Part shown: positions 11,820-24,347 of the stretch, piece by piece
Position numbering within the stretch: position 1 is the stretch's first letter
Layout of the letters: each line of letters opens with the position of its first letter
Source: Mobula hypostoma
Lineage: Eukaryota
Assembly: GCF_963921235.1 (NCBI RefSeq)
Contig: NC_086097.1
Coordinates: 21,516,001-21,580,000, forward strand
Length of the DNA: 64,000 nucleotides
Direction of reading: 5' to 3'
The notes under the pieces: generated by a model
Databases searched by the model: none
Told to the model about the DNA's origin: nothing
What the model saw: the letters and a program-made list of their open reading frames with translations, nothing else
Made by a program: the position numbers and the translations under genes

Positions 11820-13155
11820 ATAGAAACATAGAAACAGAGAAAATCTACAGCACAATACAGGCCTTTAGGCCCACAAAGCTGTGCTGAATATGTTCTTACC
11901 TTAGAAATTAGCTAGGGTTACCCATAGCCCTCTATTTTTCTGTGCTCTATATACCTGTACAGGAGCCTCTTAAAAGGCCCTATCGTATCCGCCTCCACCA
12001 CTGTCGCTGGCAGCCCATTTCATGCACTCACCACTCTCTGCGTAAAAATCTTACTCCTGACATCTCCTCTGTGCCTATTTCCAAGCACCTTAAAACTGTG
12101 CCCTCTCATGCTAGCCATTTCAGCCCTGGGAAAAAGCCTCTGACTATCCACACAATTAATGCTTCTCATCATCTTATACACCTCTATCAGGTCACCTCTC
12201 ATCCTCCGTTGCTCCAAGGAGAAAAGGCCGAGTTCACTCAACCTTTTCTCATAAGGCATGCTCCCCAATCCAGTCAACATCCTTGTAAATCTCCGCTGCA
12301 CCCTTTCTATAGTTTCCACATCCTTCCTATAGTGAGGCGACCAGAACTGAGCACAGTACTCCAAGTGGGGTCTGACCAGGATCCTATGTAGCTGCAACAT
12401 TACCTCTCGACTCCTAAACTCAATCCCACGAATGATGAAGGCCAATACACCGTATGCCTTCTTAACCACAGAGTCAACCTGCGCAGCAGCTTTGAGTGTC
12501 CTGTGGACTTGGACCTCAAGATCCCTCTGATCCTCCACACTGCCAAGAGTCTTACCATTAACACTATATTCTGCCATCATATTTGACTTACCAAAATGAA
12601 CCACCTCACACTGATCTGGGTTGAACTCCATCTGCCACTTCTCAGCCCAGTTTTGCATCCTATCAATGCCCTGCTGTAACCTCTGACAGCCCTCCACACT
12701 ATCCACAACACCCCCAACCTTTGTGTCATCAGCGAATTTACTAATCCATCCCACCACTTCCTCATCCAGGTCATTTATAAAAATCACAAAGAGTAGGGGA
12801 TCCAGAACAGATCCCTGAGGCACACCACTGTTGACTGACCTCCATGCAGAATATGACCCGTCTACAACCACTCTTTGCCCTCTGTGGGCTAGCTAGTTCT
12901 GGATCCACAAAGCAATGCCCCCTTGGATCCCATGCCTCCTTACTTTCTCAATAAGCCTTGCATGGGGTACCTTGTCAAATACCTTGCTGAAATCCATATA
13001 TGCTACATCTACGGCTCTACCTTCATCAATGTGTTTAGTCATATCCTCAAAAAATTTAACCAGGCTCGTAAGGTATGATCTGCCTTTGACAAACCCATGT
13101 TGACTATTCCTAATCACATTATGCCTCTCCAAATGTTCATAAATCCTGCCTCTCC
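11820..13155 (-). mobile_element. CR1 LINE, 5'-truncated, RT domain
   Basis: ORFs 12893-13132 (YMDFSKVFDKVPH) and 12020-12871 (GVPQGSVL, KFADDTK, PHLEYC); (tctatgtt)-type tail. Confidence 0.96.
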
Positions 13156-13176
13156 ATCAGCTTACCAACCACTGTC

Positions 13177-14900
13177 CAAACAACACACACAAAATGCTGG
13201 AGGAACTCAGCAGGTCAGGCAGCATCTGTGGAAGAGAGTGCAGTCGATATTTCGGGCCAAAGCCCTTCAGCAGGACTGGAGGAAAAAAGCTGTAGTAGAT
13301 TTAAAAAGTGTGGGAGGGGATGAGAAACACAAGGTGATAGGTGAAACCTGGAGAGGGAAGGATGAAAAGCTGGGAAGTTGATTAGTGAAAGAGACAGAAG
13401 GCCATGGAAGAAGGAAAATGGGGAGGAGCACCAAAGGGAGGCAATGGGCAGGCAAGGAATAAGGTGAGAGAGGGGAAAGGGGATGGGGAATGGTGAAGGA
13501 GGGGGGTGGGGGCGGGGTCATTACCGGAAGTTTGAGAAATCGATGTTCATGCCATCAGGTTGGAGGCTACGCAAACGGAATGTAAGGTGTTGTACCCCCA
13601 ACCTACAAGAAGGGTCAGAGCCGTCTCTATTTCCTGAGGAGACTGTGGTCCTTTAACATCTGCCGGACGATGCTGAGGATGTTCTACGAATCTGTGGTGG
13701 CCAGAGCTATCATGTTTGCTGTTGTGTGCTGGGGCAGCAGGCTGAGGGTAGCAGACACCAACAGAATCAACAAACTCATTCGTAGGGCTAGTGATGTTGT
13801 GAGGATGAAACTGCTCTCTCTCACGGTGGTGTCTGAAAAGAGGATGCTGTCTAAGTTGCATGCCATCTTGGACAACGTCTCCCATCCACTACATAATGTA
13901 CTGGTTGGGCACAGGAGTGCATTCAGCCAGAGACTCATTCCACTGAGATGCAGCACGGAGCGTCATAGGAAGTCATTCCTGCCTGTGGCCATCAAACTTT
14001 ACAACTCCTCCCTTAGAGGGTCAGACACCCTGAGCCAATAGGCTGGTCCTGGACTTATTTCATAATTTACTGGCAAAATTTACATATTACTATTTAACTG
14101 TTTATGGTTTTATTACTATTTATTATTTATGGTGCAACTGTAACGAAAACCAATTTCCCCCGGGATCAATAAAGTATGACTATGACTATGAAGCGAAGCA
14201 TGGCCTCATTATGCCAGTGGGGGAGGCCATGGATGGACATATCGGATTGGGAATGGGAATGGGAATGGGAAGTGGAATTAAAATAGGTGGCCACTGGGAG
14301 ATACTGCTTTTTTATGGCGGCACGGTCTCCCAATTGACGTCGGTCTCACCGATATACAAGAGGCCACAACGGGAGCACCGAACACAGTATATAACCCCAA
14401 AAGACTCGCTGGTGAAGTGTTGTCTCACCTGGAAGGTTCGAGAAACAATACCTTATATTCCGTGGGTAGCCTCTAAACTGATGGCATGAACATCGATTCC
14501 TCACACTTCTGGTATGCCCACCATCCCCCTCCTCTGCTTCACCATTTCCCATCCCCTTTTCCCTCTCTCACCTTATCTCTTTGCCTTCCCATTGCCTCCC
14601 TCGGGTGCTCCACTTTTTCTTTCTTCCATTTTCTTCTGTCTCTTTCACCAGTCAGCTTCCCAGCTCTTTACTTCATCCTTCCCCCTTCAGGTTTCACCTA
14701 CAACCTTGTGTTTCTCTCTCCCCTTCCTCCCTCCTTTTAAATCTACTCCTCAGCATTTTTTTTCCAGTCCTATGGAAGGGTTTCAACCCAAAACATCAAC
14801 TGTACTCTTTCCCTAGATGCTCCTTGGTCTGCTGAGTTTCTCCAGCATTTTGTGTGTGTTGCTTGGACTTAAAGCATCTGCAGATTTTCTCTTGTTTGTT
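13177..14900. mobile_element. Penelope-like element 3' region with GIY-YIG remnant; inverted structure
   Basis: Minus strand 14341-14435 translates FQVRQHFTSESFGVIYCVRCSRCGLLYIGET; minus arm 13177-14435 (Rex insert inside), plus arm 14436-14900. Confidence 0.88.
13603..14191 (+). mobile_element. Rex1/Babar-type LINE 3' fragment (young)
   Basis: ORF 13670-14041 differs at 12 of 123 aa from the end of ORF 31500-32099; (tatgac)n tail. Confidence 0.9.
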
Positions 14901-14989
14901 ATCAGAGATATCTTCCTTCTTCAAAGAAGAAAAGTTGTTAAAGGGCAGGACCTCCAGCATTGTGATCTCATGATTGCTACCCAAATCAC

Positions 14990-16460
14990 ATACTAGTGAG
15001 GCCAGAAGAAGGTGATTTTAACTTTCCACATATGACTGGGACTCCCATACTGCAAAAGTGCTGGATGGGAAAAAGTTTGTTAAATGTGTTCAGAAAAGTT
15101 CCCTTAATCAGTACATAAGAAACCCAACTAGACAGAGTGTGATACTAGATCTCCCATTAGGGAAAGAGACAGGGCACATAACAAGAGTTTGTGCAGGGGA
15201 CCGCTTTGCATCTAGTGATCATGATGCCAGGGCCTGATACAGTATACCCTCGGACCTCGTGGGAGGCTAGTACAGATACTGCAGGAACTCCAGCAGAGAT
15301 ATTTAAAATATCCTTAACTACAGGTGAAGTGCCAGAGGATTGGAGGATAGATAATGTTGTTTTGTTGTTTAAGAAAGGTTCTAAGAAAAAGCCAGGAGCT
15401 TGACGTCATTAATGAGAAAGTATTGGAAGGTATTCTAAGGGACCAGGTATATAAGTAGAGTATCTGGATAGGCAGAGACTAATTAGGGATAGTCAACATG
15501 GCTTTGTGCATGGTAGGTCTTTTCTATCCCATCTTATAGAGTTTTTTGAGGAAGTTACCAGGAAAGTTGTTGAAGGCAAGGCAGTGTATGTTGCTACATG
15601 GACTTTAGCAAGACCTTTGACAATGTCCTGCATGGGACGTTGGTGAAGAAGGTTCAGTCGGTCAGCGTTCGATATAAGGTTGTAAATTAGACTGGATATT
15701 GTCTTTGTGGTAGAACCGCAAAGTGTGGTAATCGATGGTTGCCTATCTGACTGGAGGCCTGTGACTAGTGGTGTGCTGCAACATTGGCACTGGCTTCAGT
15801 GTTGTTTGTCATATATATCAATGATCTGGATGATAATGTGATCAGCAAATTTGTGGATGACAACAAGGTTGGGGGTGTAGTGAATAACAAGGAAGGCTAT
15901 CATGGCTTACAGCGGGATCTGAACAAGCTGGAAAAATAGGCTGAAAAATGGCAGATGGAAGTTCATGCAGACAAGTGCAAGGGTTGGTTTTATACAGAGA
16001 ACAGTAGGGCACTGAGGAATGTGGTAGAAGAAAGGGATCAGGGACTTACAGGTCTATGATTTGTTGAAAGCAGCCTCATAGGCAAATAGGGTATTAAAGA
16101 AAGCCTTTGGCACATTGGTCCGTCATAGGTCAAACTGATGAGTTCAGGAGATGAGATTTTTTTAATGAGGTTGTACAAGACATTGGTGAGGCCTAATTTG
16201 GAGTATTGTATGCAGTTTTGGTCACCAGCCTATAAGAAAGATGTAAGTAAGGTAAAGTGCAGAGAAAATTTACAAGGATGTTGCCGAGACTTGAGGATCT
16301 GAGTTACAGAGAAAGATTGAATAGGTTAGTACTTCATTCCCTAGAATGTAGAAGATTGAGGGGAGATTTGATGAAGGTATCCAAAATTATGAAGGGTGTA
16401 GAAAGGGTAAATGCAAGCAGGCTTAAGGGCCTGGTTCTGTACTGCAGTGTTCTATGATTA
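14990..16460 (+). mobile_element. CR1 LINE ORF2, degraded with internal deletions
   Basis: GDFN-like endonuclease remnant at ~15010, GEVPEDWR, RT region, ORF 16257 (QRKFTRMLPRLE). Confidence 0.9.
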
Positions 16461-16464
16461 TTTG

Positions 16465-16950
16465 ACCTGTACACTTGCATGTTAGTGCAAATATCTAATC
16501 TGGCAATCATATGGCAGCAACTCAATGCAAACATGGTGAAGAGGTTCGGACCAAACATCAGAATGGGGAAGAAATGTGTCCTAAATGACTTTGACCATGG
16601 AATGATTGTTGGATCCAGACGGGATGGTTTGAGTATCTCAGGAACTGCTGACCCCCTGGGATTTTCATGCACAACAGTCTCTAGAGTTTACAGAGAGTGG
16701 TGTGAAAAACAAAACAAAGCATCCACTGAGCAGCAGTTCAATGGGTGAAGATGCCTTGCTAATGAGAGAGGTCAGAGGAGAATGGCTCAAGCTGACAGGA
16801 AGGTGACAGTAACTCAATTAACCACGATCTACAACAGTGGTGTGCAGAAAGGCGTTTTAGCACACAAAGCATTGAACCTTGAAATGGATGTCGCAGCAGA
16901 AGATCACGAACATATGCTTGGTGACCACTTTATTAGGTGCAGGAGGTAAC
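16465..16950 (+). mobile_element. Tc1/mariner-derived element, second copy
   Basis: ORF 16479-16748 contains MGKKCVLNDFDHGMIVGSRRDGLSISGTADPLGFSCTTVSRVYREW (Tc1 HTH); ccactttattaggt near the end. Confidence 0.85.
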
Positions 16951-17139
16951 CCATTTCATCTTATTTACTTCTATCAAGTTAACTCTCACCCCCTTCACTC
17001 GAAAGAGAAAAGCCTTAACTCATTCAGCATTTGCTCATTTCATTGCAACAGAGACTGCCCTCTGGACTGCACTGTAATGTACCTCCCCTGGGTTGCCTGC
17101 GAGGGCAGTTCTTTTGGAATTCCTTTCGTTCTACCCTGC

Positions 17140-17735
17140 CACACATAGGGAGGGTTGGCAAATTTCTTCAGATGTACAGTGGGAAGTATTCTGACCGGTT
17201 ACTCAGCGTCTGGTACGGAGGCTGCAAAGAGCAGAATCATAAGAGGATGTGGAGGGTTTCTAGCTCCCTTATGGGCTTCAGCCCTCCTCACCATTGAGAT
17301 CATCTTCAAAAGGATACCTCAAGAAAGCTGCATTCCTCATTAAGGACCCTCATCATCCAAGACATGTGGCGAGAAGGCAGGTATATGGGGTTGAGTGGGA
17401 TTGGGGTCAGCCGTGTTGAAATGGCGGAGCAGACTCGATGTGCTGAATGGCCTAATTCTGCTCCTGTGTCTTCTGGTCTAATGGAGCCGCCCTTTTTTCA
17501 TTCTTAACATCAGGGAGGAGGTAGACCCACACTCAATATTTCCGTACCAGCTTCTTCCCCCTGCCATCAAATTTCTGTGCGGTGCCTGAAACCATGAGCA
17601 TCACTTCATAATTCATCTTTTGCATTATTTGTTTATTTTTGTAACTCAAGGTGATTTTTATGGATTGCACAGCACTGCTGCCGCAAAGCAACAGATTTCA
17701 TGACACATGTCAGTGATTACAAAGCTGATTTTGAC
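17140..17735 (+). mobile_element. Rex1/Babar-type LINE 3' remnant with an inserted CR1 tail (~17367-17485)
   Basis: ORF 17155 (NFFRCTVGSILTG); taaggaccctcatcatcca; tail gacacatgtcagtgattac. Confidence 0.7.
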
Positions 17736-18710
17736 TCCAGCTGTTTAACCTCTGTGGGGACCGCTGTGTGGAATAGAATCGCTTCTGGGTTGGACCTCGG
17801 CCAACAGGGCAAGCTGTCTGTGGAATTGGCCACTGGGGGCAAACGTTGGCAAGAGCTTCTCGCCATGAATTCCCCGCCGGCCTCTCACCTGATGCCCTGA
17901 TTAAGAACCTCATTGGTCCAGTTTAAAAGTAAGATTTGGAACCTGAATCGAGGCAGATAAGGTGACTGCTTGGCCTTGTAATCCATTTGATATTTCTAAA
18001 CCTGTTTGATTGCTAGAGAGCTGAAGGATGGTAATCTCCATTGTGCAAAGACTAATCTATCTTTTATGTTACTGTGGCAAAGCCCAGCTGTGCCTGTTTA
18101 CCTATTCATGGAGTTTAGTGGATGCCTGAGCTCTGCTCACACTAGATACACATCAGGACCATTGTCACAGAGTTCCAGTTCGATTTCATTGTGTCGCTCT
18201 GCCTCGAACCTTTAACATTTGGACGTACCAAGGAATATTTCCAAAGAAGGTCTTCTGTTTTCACGTTTTCAACATCAGAAGTTTTTTTTTACGTTTTGAA
18301 CCAAAGTTCAAAGTTGAAAGTATATTTATTATCAAAGTATGTATACTATATACAACCTCGAGATTTGTCTCTTTACAGGCAGCAACAAAATAAGGAAATG
18401 AATGTCAAGGTTGCACTTTTGATATAAAATGCAAAAAAACCTGATGTCAAAGCAGAAAATGCTGGTGATACTCATCATATAAAAAATCACTGGCCTGAAA
18501 CACTAACTCTTACCTCTGTCTCCACAGATACTGCCTGACCTGCTGAGTACTTCTAGCATTTTGTTTTAGACTGAAAGGTTGACTGAGCTAGGGCCTTTCT
18601 CTTTGGAGCAAAGAAGAATGAGAGGTGACTTGACAGAGGTGTATAAGATGATAGGCGGCATTGATAAAGTAGACGGCCAGCAGTGCTTTCCCTGGGTGGA
18701 AATGGCTAAT

Positions 18711-19600
18711 GTGTTTGCTTGTTCGTTAGCTGCTGTGTCATATGATGTGGGTGATCACGATCTTTCCACGACCATGGTTGCTCTTCGCAAATTTTTCTAC
18801 AGAGTTTGTTTGCCATCGCCTTCTTCTGGGCAGTGTCTTTACAAGACAGGTGACCCCAACCATTATCAATACTCTTCAGAGATTGTCTGCCTGGCGTCAG
18901 TGGTCATATAACCAGGACTTGTGATGTGCACCAGCTGCTCCTACAGCCATCCGCCATCTGCTGTCATAGCTTCATGTGACACTGACCAGGGGGTTAAGCA
19001 GGTGCTACACCTTGCCCAAGGGTGACCTTGTTAAGGATCTGGCTTGAACACTGGGTCGAAGGCCCTCTGCGGGTAGCTCTGGATCATGACAGTCTTTAAT
19101 TTCTGTTTTCTTTCACCTGGCCATGTGGGTTTTGGTCCAGCCCTTTTCCTTTTTGGACTTCCTCCAATTACCTGCTTGTCTCCTCATTTGCACCCACCTG
19201 TTTCTAATTTTCACTCATTACCCTGTCCATTTAAACCCTGCCTTGACTAGCATCCTCTGCCAGTTTGTCCCAGTTTTGACTTGTGCAGTTCTAGCCTGTC
19301 ATTGTGACTTCTGCCAACCGATTTTGCCTGTTCTTGGACCTGATTTTTGCCTGTGCGCTCTGGATTGTCTGCCCTCGCCTGACTGCCTTTCCTGGTAAGA
19401 TCTCTGCCTGTCATTTCGGATTTGTGCCTGCCTTCCGTTTTTGAAAGACTGTTGCCTTTGTGCTCCCTAATAAATCCTGGTGAAAAAGTATTCATTGGTC
19501 TGCACTTGAGTCCCACCGAAACCCGACAGACCTGCAGGTTAGCGGAGGCTGCACCTTACAGCTCCTTTGGTCAAGATGTATCTCTGCCCCACCACCCAAC
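18711..19600 (-). mobile_element. SINE-like retroposon (RTE-like tail), split by a solo LTR
   Basis: ttgcccaagggtgacct|gcagg junction is contiguous in the partial copy at 8430-8515; gtttgccatcgccttc tail motif. Confidence 0.6.
19029..19528 (+). mobile_element. solo LTR (500 bp)
   Basis: TGT...ACA termini, exact 5-bp TSD gacct (19024-19028, 19529-19533), tttaaa box ~19230, aataaa ~19468. Confidence 0.85.
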
Positions 19601-20219
19601 ATGAACAGGCATCAGTTTAAGGTGTTTGGAGGAAAGTATGGGGGGGGGGGTATGTTGGAGGCAGGTTTTGTTACACAGAAAGTGGTAAATGTATTAACAA
19701 ATTCCTACTCTCTGTGTAAAAGTGCCAGGGGTAGTAATAGAGGCAGATAAATTTGGAAGATTGAAGAGGCCCTTAGATAGGCACATGGAAAAAAAAAATT
19801 GGGAGCTATGATGGAGGGAAGTGTTAGACTGATCTTGGAGCAGGTTAAAATGTTGGCATAACATCCTGTAGTGTGCTGTACTGCTCTATGCTATACTGTG
19901 TGTTCTAAGTTCTACTTCCAGCACAGATTTATAGGGCCATACAGCACAGGAACAGGCAGTTTCATCCAAGTAATGCAAGGTGCCTATCCAGGCTGGTCCT
20001 GTTTGCTAGTGTTTGCTTTAAATTAAACAACACAAGCATGTTTGTCAAGAGCTTCCACTTCTGTGGGGAAATGGTGAAGCTGGCATTATTCTCTTACTTG
20101 CAAAGGGGGCAAAGATTAAATAAACATTTTGGAGGTTCTCGCAGAATATGGAAGAATCTTACAGGAGTATCTATGGTCTGGACGGCAGCTCTATCTGAAA
20201 GGGTGGCCAGGTACCAGCT

Positions 20220-20560
20220 ACCCAGGGACAGGCACATTCCAGGCTGCAGGAGTATCTGCTGAGGGGCGGACTAAAGCTCAGTGCAGCCACCACAAGGCCT
20301 CGGTGGAGAGGACCACAGTATAGGGTTCTTCCACTAGTGGAGAGGGAGGGGCCGGGTTGGATGAGGAAGCCCCTCAATTTATTATAGCGAGTACCACCCC
20401 GGGGGCCACATGAGTGGCAACCATCTTATTGGTTTTGAAGAATGAAATAGAAAACTAAGAGCATTGACTTAGAATGTGAGACTATTAAGGCATTGTATGG
20501 TTTACTCTTGAAAATAATTTTTATTATGAATAATGTTTATTTTGATAATAAAACAAACAG
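20220..20560 (+). mobile_element. L1/Tx1-type LINE 3' end remnant
   Basis: Translates AHSRLQEYLLRGGLKLSAA, resembling the Tx1-like ORF2 C-terminus; AT-rich tail ttatgaataatgtttatttt. Confidence 0.55.
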
Positions 20561-21429
20561 CTACTGAAGAGAAGCTGAATAAATATTAACAAAGTTAATG
20601 GGAGACGAGAAGGAGCATGTGAGCCAAGGCTGGTCTTTCAGTGAGCTAACAGAGACCGACGGTTGAATGGCCTCTTGCACGGGGAAGGCTCTGTAATGCA
20701 GATCTCAATTGATGAGATTTTGTTGTGCCAACCAGGACCTCCTTGTAAAGCTGGACCGTACAGATTACTGCGTTTGAGAGTGATTGTACTCGTTTGACAC
20801 ACTTGGCTGGGTGGTGAACAGAGTTTGGCAATTCATGTCTACAGGAATCTATGTCCACGGCCCCTCTTCAGCCACTCAGCCAGACAGTGCCAGCATCTCT
20901 TATTCTCAAAGTGATGTGAATGCCTGGTGGGGCTGTGTGGATGTTAGGAATGTCTCTTCCACTCAGGATATCATGAAATACAGAGCAAACTCAGTGGACT
21001 GAAACCCTTCGGAGCTGGGCAAGGGTTGTGTTGTGAGAAGGGAGGGGAGAAGGGGAATGTGACTGTAACCTGCTGGATATACTGGTGTCTGCTAGACCTG
21101 CTTTTTGATTCTAACAAGAACACTGATTAAGATAAACAGCCTGGAGTGTAATACATGGTCACTGTATACTGTATGACAGTATCTTCAGTCTGGGCTGTTC
21201 CTATATTGGTAACATGGAGCAAGGAGATTGAAATGCTGGACAACAGTGGATAAAGCAATTTATTTTTGTAACTGCATCCCCATTCCAGTGCTGCATTTGT
21301 CAGGAATGAATGGAAGTAATTTTCATGCCAATTGGTCATGGTTGGTACAGCACAGACACAGGCCTATCGGCCCATCATGGCCATGCTAATCCTTGCCCAT
21401 CTACACTAACCCCATTTGCCTGTATTAGG

Positions 21430-21975
21430 GCTGTATTATTCATGTATCACCGTTGCGAGTGTTCAGATTGGCTGCGTCACCATCTGGTATGTGGTGGGTG
21501 GGGTGGGGGGGGGGAGGCTGCTGCACAGGATCGAAGAAAGCTGCAGGGAGTTGTAAAGTCAGTCAGCTCCATCATGAGTACTGGCCTCCAGAGTGTCCAA
21601 GATGTCTTCAAGGAGCGGTGCCTCAGGAAGGCAGCGTCCGTCATTAAGCATCCCCATCACCCAGCACATGCCCTCTTCTCATTGCTACCATCGGGAAGGA
21701 GGTACAGAAACCTGAAGGCACACTCAGCAATTCAGAAACAGCTTCTTCCCCTCTGCCATCTGACTCCTAAATGGATATTGAACCTAGGAACACTACTTCA
21801 ATACTGTTTTTATTTATGTTTTTGCACCACTTATTTTAACTAAACTATTTAAGATACATATATATAATGACAGTATTTCAGTTTTTTCTATATTTATCAT
21901 GTATTGCATTGTTCTGCTGCTGCGAAGTTAGCAAATTTCACGACATATGCCAGTGATAATAAACCTGATTCTTAT
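21430..21975 (+). mobile_element. Rex1/Babar-type LINE 3' fragment
   Basis: RCLRKAASVIKHPHHPAHALFSLLPSGRRYR; tail aaacctgattct. Confidence 0.88.
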
Positions 21976-22061
21976 TCTACACTTTGTCCATTTAAATGTG
22001 TGTCTATAAGTCTCTCAAAAATAGTGATTGTATTTGATTTCAATAACTCTTCCGCCAGTGA

Positions 22062-22370
22062 GTCTAGATAGAGGGCACAGCCTCAAAATAGAAAGATGTC
22101 CTTTTGAGATGAGGAGGAATTTCTTTAGCTGGAGGGTGGTGAATCTGGACTTCATTACCACAAATGTCTGTGGAGACCAGGTCACTGGGTATATCTAAAG
22201 CAAAGGTTGATAGATTCTTGATGAGTAATGGCATTAAAGGTTACAGGGAGAAGGCGGGAGACTGGGGTTGAGAGGGCTAATAAATCAGCTATGATGGAAT
22301 GGCGAAGAAGACCCAATGGACCAAATGACCCAATTCTTCTCCTATGGCTTATGGTTTGATGTTCTTATGC
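22062..22370 (+). mobile_element. CR1 LINE 3' end
   Basis: agagggcacagcctcaaaata...gagaaggc...cctatggcttatgg. Confidence 0.85.
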
Positions 22371-22571
22371 TTTGTAGTGCTGCCACAGAACAACAAATTT
22401 CACGACATATGTCAATGGTAATTGATCTGATTCTGATTCTGATTAATTGCTTTGTGACACAGGCTATTAAGGCACACAACTAGAGGGCAATTATGGATGG
22501 GCATCAAACACTGGTGATACCCTCTTCTGGGGATGGATGTACATAGGCGGCAGAGTGAGGGTGTCCAGTTT

Positions 22572-22765
22572 TGTTGTTGATGTTGTTCCTTTCCACACCT
22601 CGTGGCGCATCAGGCAGCAACCTTGTTGTTTCTTCTCCTCGTTTTTAACGTTTTTTTATGAGGCTGAGTTGCTAGCTCGATGCTCAACCCAGCACGGATG
22701 GAAAGTGTGCAAGGAGCACTCGCCTTGAAATCCGGTGTGGATGACACTACACCACTGGCCGGTTC
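22572..22765 (-). mobile_element. tRNA-derived SINE (same family as 33088-33292)
   Basis: ttgttcctttccacacc...gagttgct.gctcg.tgctcaaccc...cactacaccactgg shared by both copies. Confidence 0.75.
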
Positions 22766-22869
22766 TAGTGGTTATATGGTTCAGTGCCTCAGTTCAATGT
22801 CAGTGTACAACCTGAAATTCTTACTCTTCACAAACATCAGGCTTGTTTTGCAGCAGTTCATTATGGACT

Positions 22870-22897
22870 TACAGTACTGTGCAAAAGTCATAGGCAG

Positions 22898-22956
<59 letters not shown>

Positions 22957-23464
22957 AAGGGTGGCTAAGACTTTTGCATAGTTCTGTAGTAATTTTATGC
23001 ATTACACTGTACTGCTGCTGCTGCTGCAAAAAAAAACAAATTCCATGGTATATGAGTGATGATAAACCTGATTCTCAAATGGGTCTCTGCTGTGGACAGA
23101 GTGGGAAGGGGTCAGAGAGAGGGGAATCATGGCTGGGAAAAGGAGAAGGGAAAGGGGAGTGATCGGGAAGCACCAGAGAGACGTTCTGTAATGATGACTA
23201 AGCCAATTGTTCGGGGTCATATGACCTTGCCTGGTGTCTCACGGCTGGGTGTGTTTGTACCTGTGCCACCCCCTGCCCCTGGCACTCTGCCACCTGTCCT
23301 ACACCCCTCCTGTGGGCACTCCACCCTCACCATTACCAATATTCTTTACTCCCACCAGATTTACAAACTCGCTCTCTGCTCCATGTTGACAAATACAGTA
23401 CTGTGCAAACACCTTGGACACCATCGCTATATAGATGTGCATCAGACTTTTACGCAGTCCTGTA
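22870..23464. mobile_element. composite Tc1-like non-autonomous element, copy 1
   Basis: tacagtactgtgcaaa mini-hairpins at both ends; interior homologous to 47745-48253; (CA)n expansion in the left hairpin. Confidence 0.75.
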
Positions 23465-23830
23465 GCTGGGAGGTTAGCCTTGCCATCTGCACTGATGACT
23501 TCTGGCACATCAGCAAACACATGCTAGTGCCCTTTTATGTAACCCCACATTTATCGGCTAACCTGTGGCATTCTATTAAGTGCCACACAACACACTTATG
23601 GTGAAAACCTCTTTAAATAGATTTTGGAGCCCTGTAAATCACACAGGAATGAACTCTTTGCAAAACCTGATTCTGCAGCTGCAGCGGGAGTACTAAATAA
23701 CGGGAGCACTGCGGTGACAATAATCATTTCTATTATGTGTCACCTTCCCCTAAACACGTTACAGGGAAATGTTATTAACTGGGATGGTTTGCCTGGGAAT
23801 TCTGTGACACAACTGTGCTTTTCAGAAGCT

Positions 23831-24347
23831 TTAATGCAAGAGGGTCTGCAGATACTGGAAATCCAGAGCAACGCACGCACAAAATGATGGAGGGACTTAG
23901 CAGGTCAACAACTATGGAGAGCAATAAACGTGGATAGATGGATAGATAGATAGATAGACTGTCGGACATTTTAGGTTGAGACCCTTCATCAGACTGTCAG
24001 ACCTTTCAGGCTGAGACTCTTCATCAGGACTGTCAGCTGTTTTGAGCTGAGACCTTTCATCAGGACTGTTGGATGTTTCAGGCTGAGGTCCTTCGTCAGG
24101 ACAGTCAGATGTTTTGAACCAAGATATTTCATCTGGACTGTCTTCGGTTCAGGCTGAGACCCTCCATCAGGACTGTCAGATGTTTTGGGCCCGGAACCTT
24201 CATCAGGATTGTTGGACATTTTGGGCTGAGAGCCTTATTCAGGACTGTAGGATGTTTGCCCAAAACCTTTTATCAGGACTGGATTTATTCCTCTCCATAG
24301 GTACTGCCTGACCTGCTGATTTTTTTCAGCATTTTGTTTGCATTGCT
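23831..24347. mobile_element. PLE-derived fold-back insertion carrying a tandem array
   Basis: Minus PLE end 23837-23930, (GATA)n, array, plus PLE end 24283-24347; flanked by cttttcagaa(g/a)ct direct repeats. Confidence 0.75.
23957..24282 (-). repeat. 9 x ~36-bp tandem array of degenerate minimal hammerhead-ribozyme motifs
   Basis: Minus-strand consensus CTGATGA-A-GGG tctcag CCC-GAAAC-(A/G)TC-tgacagtc; units start at 23957, 23992, 24028, 24064, 24100, 24136, 24171, 24207, 24243. Confidence 0.8.

Larger units (their letters stand above)
18575..19912 (+). mobile_element. CR1 LINE 3' fragment hosting a SINE and a solo LTR
   Basis: ELGPFSLEQRRMRGDLTEVYK...EMAN breaks at ~18710 and resumes at ~19601. 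Confidence 0.85.

Noticed and set aside
17826..17843. CTCF-like tggccactgggggcaaa
   Set aside because: One base short of the core spacing
23056..23604. 182-aa ORF
   Set aside because: Lies within the composite non-autonomous element; frame not preserved in the second copy
23957..24282. CRISPR-like 36-bp periodicity
   Set aside because: Units are contiguous with no unique spacers, no cas genes, vertebrate repeat context; unit matches the PLE hammerhead end
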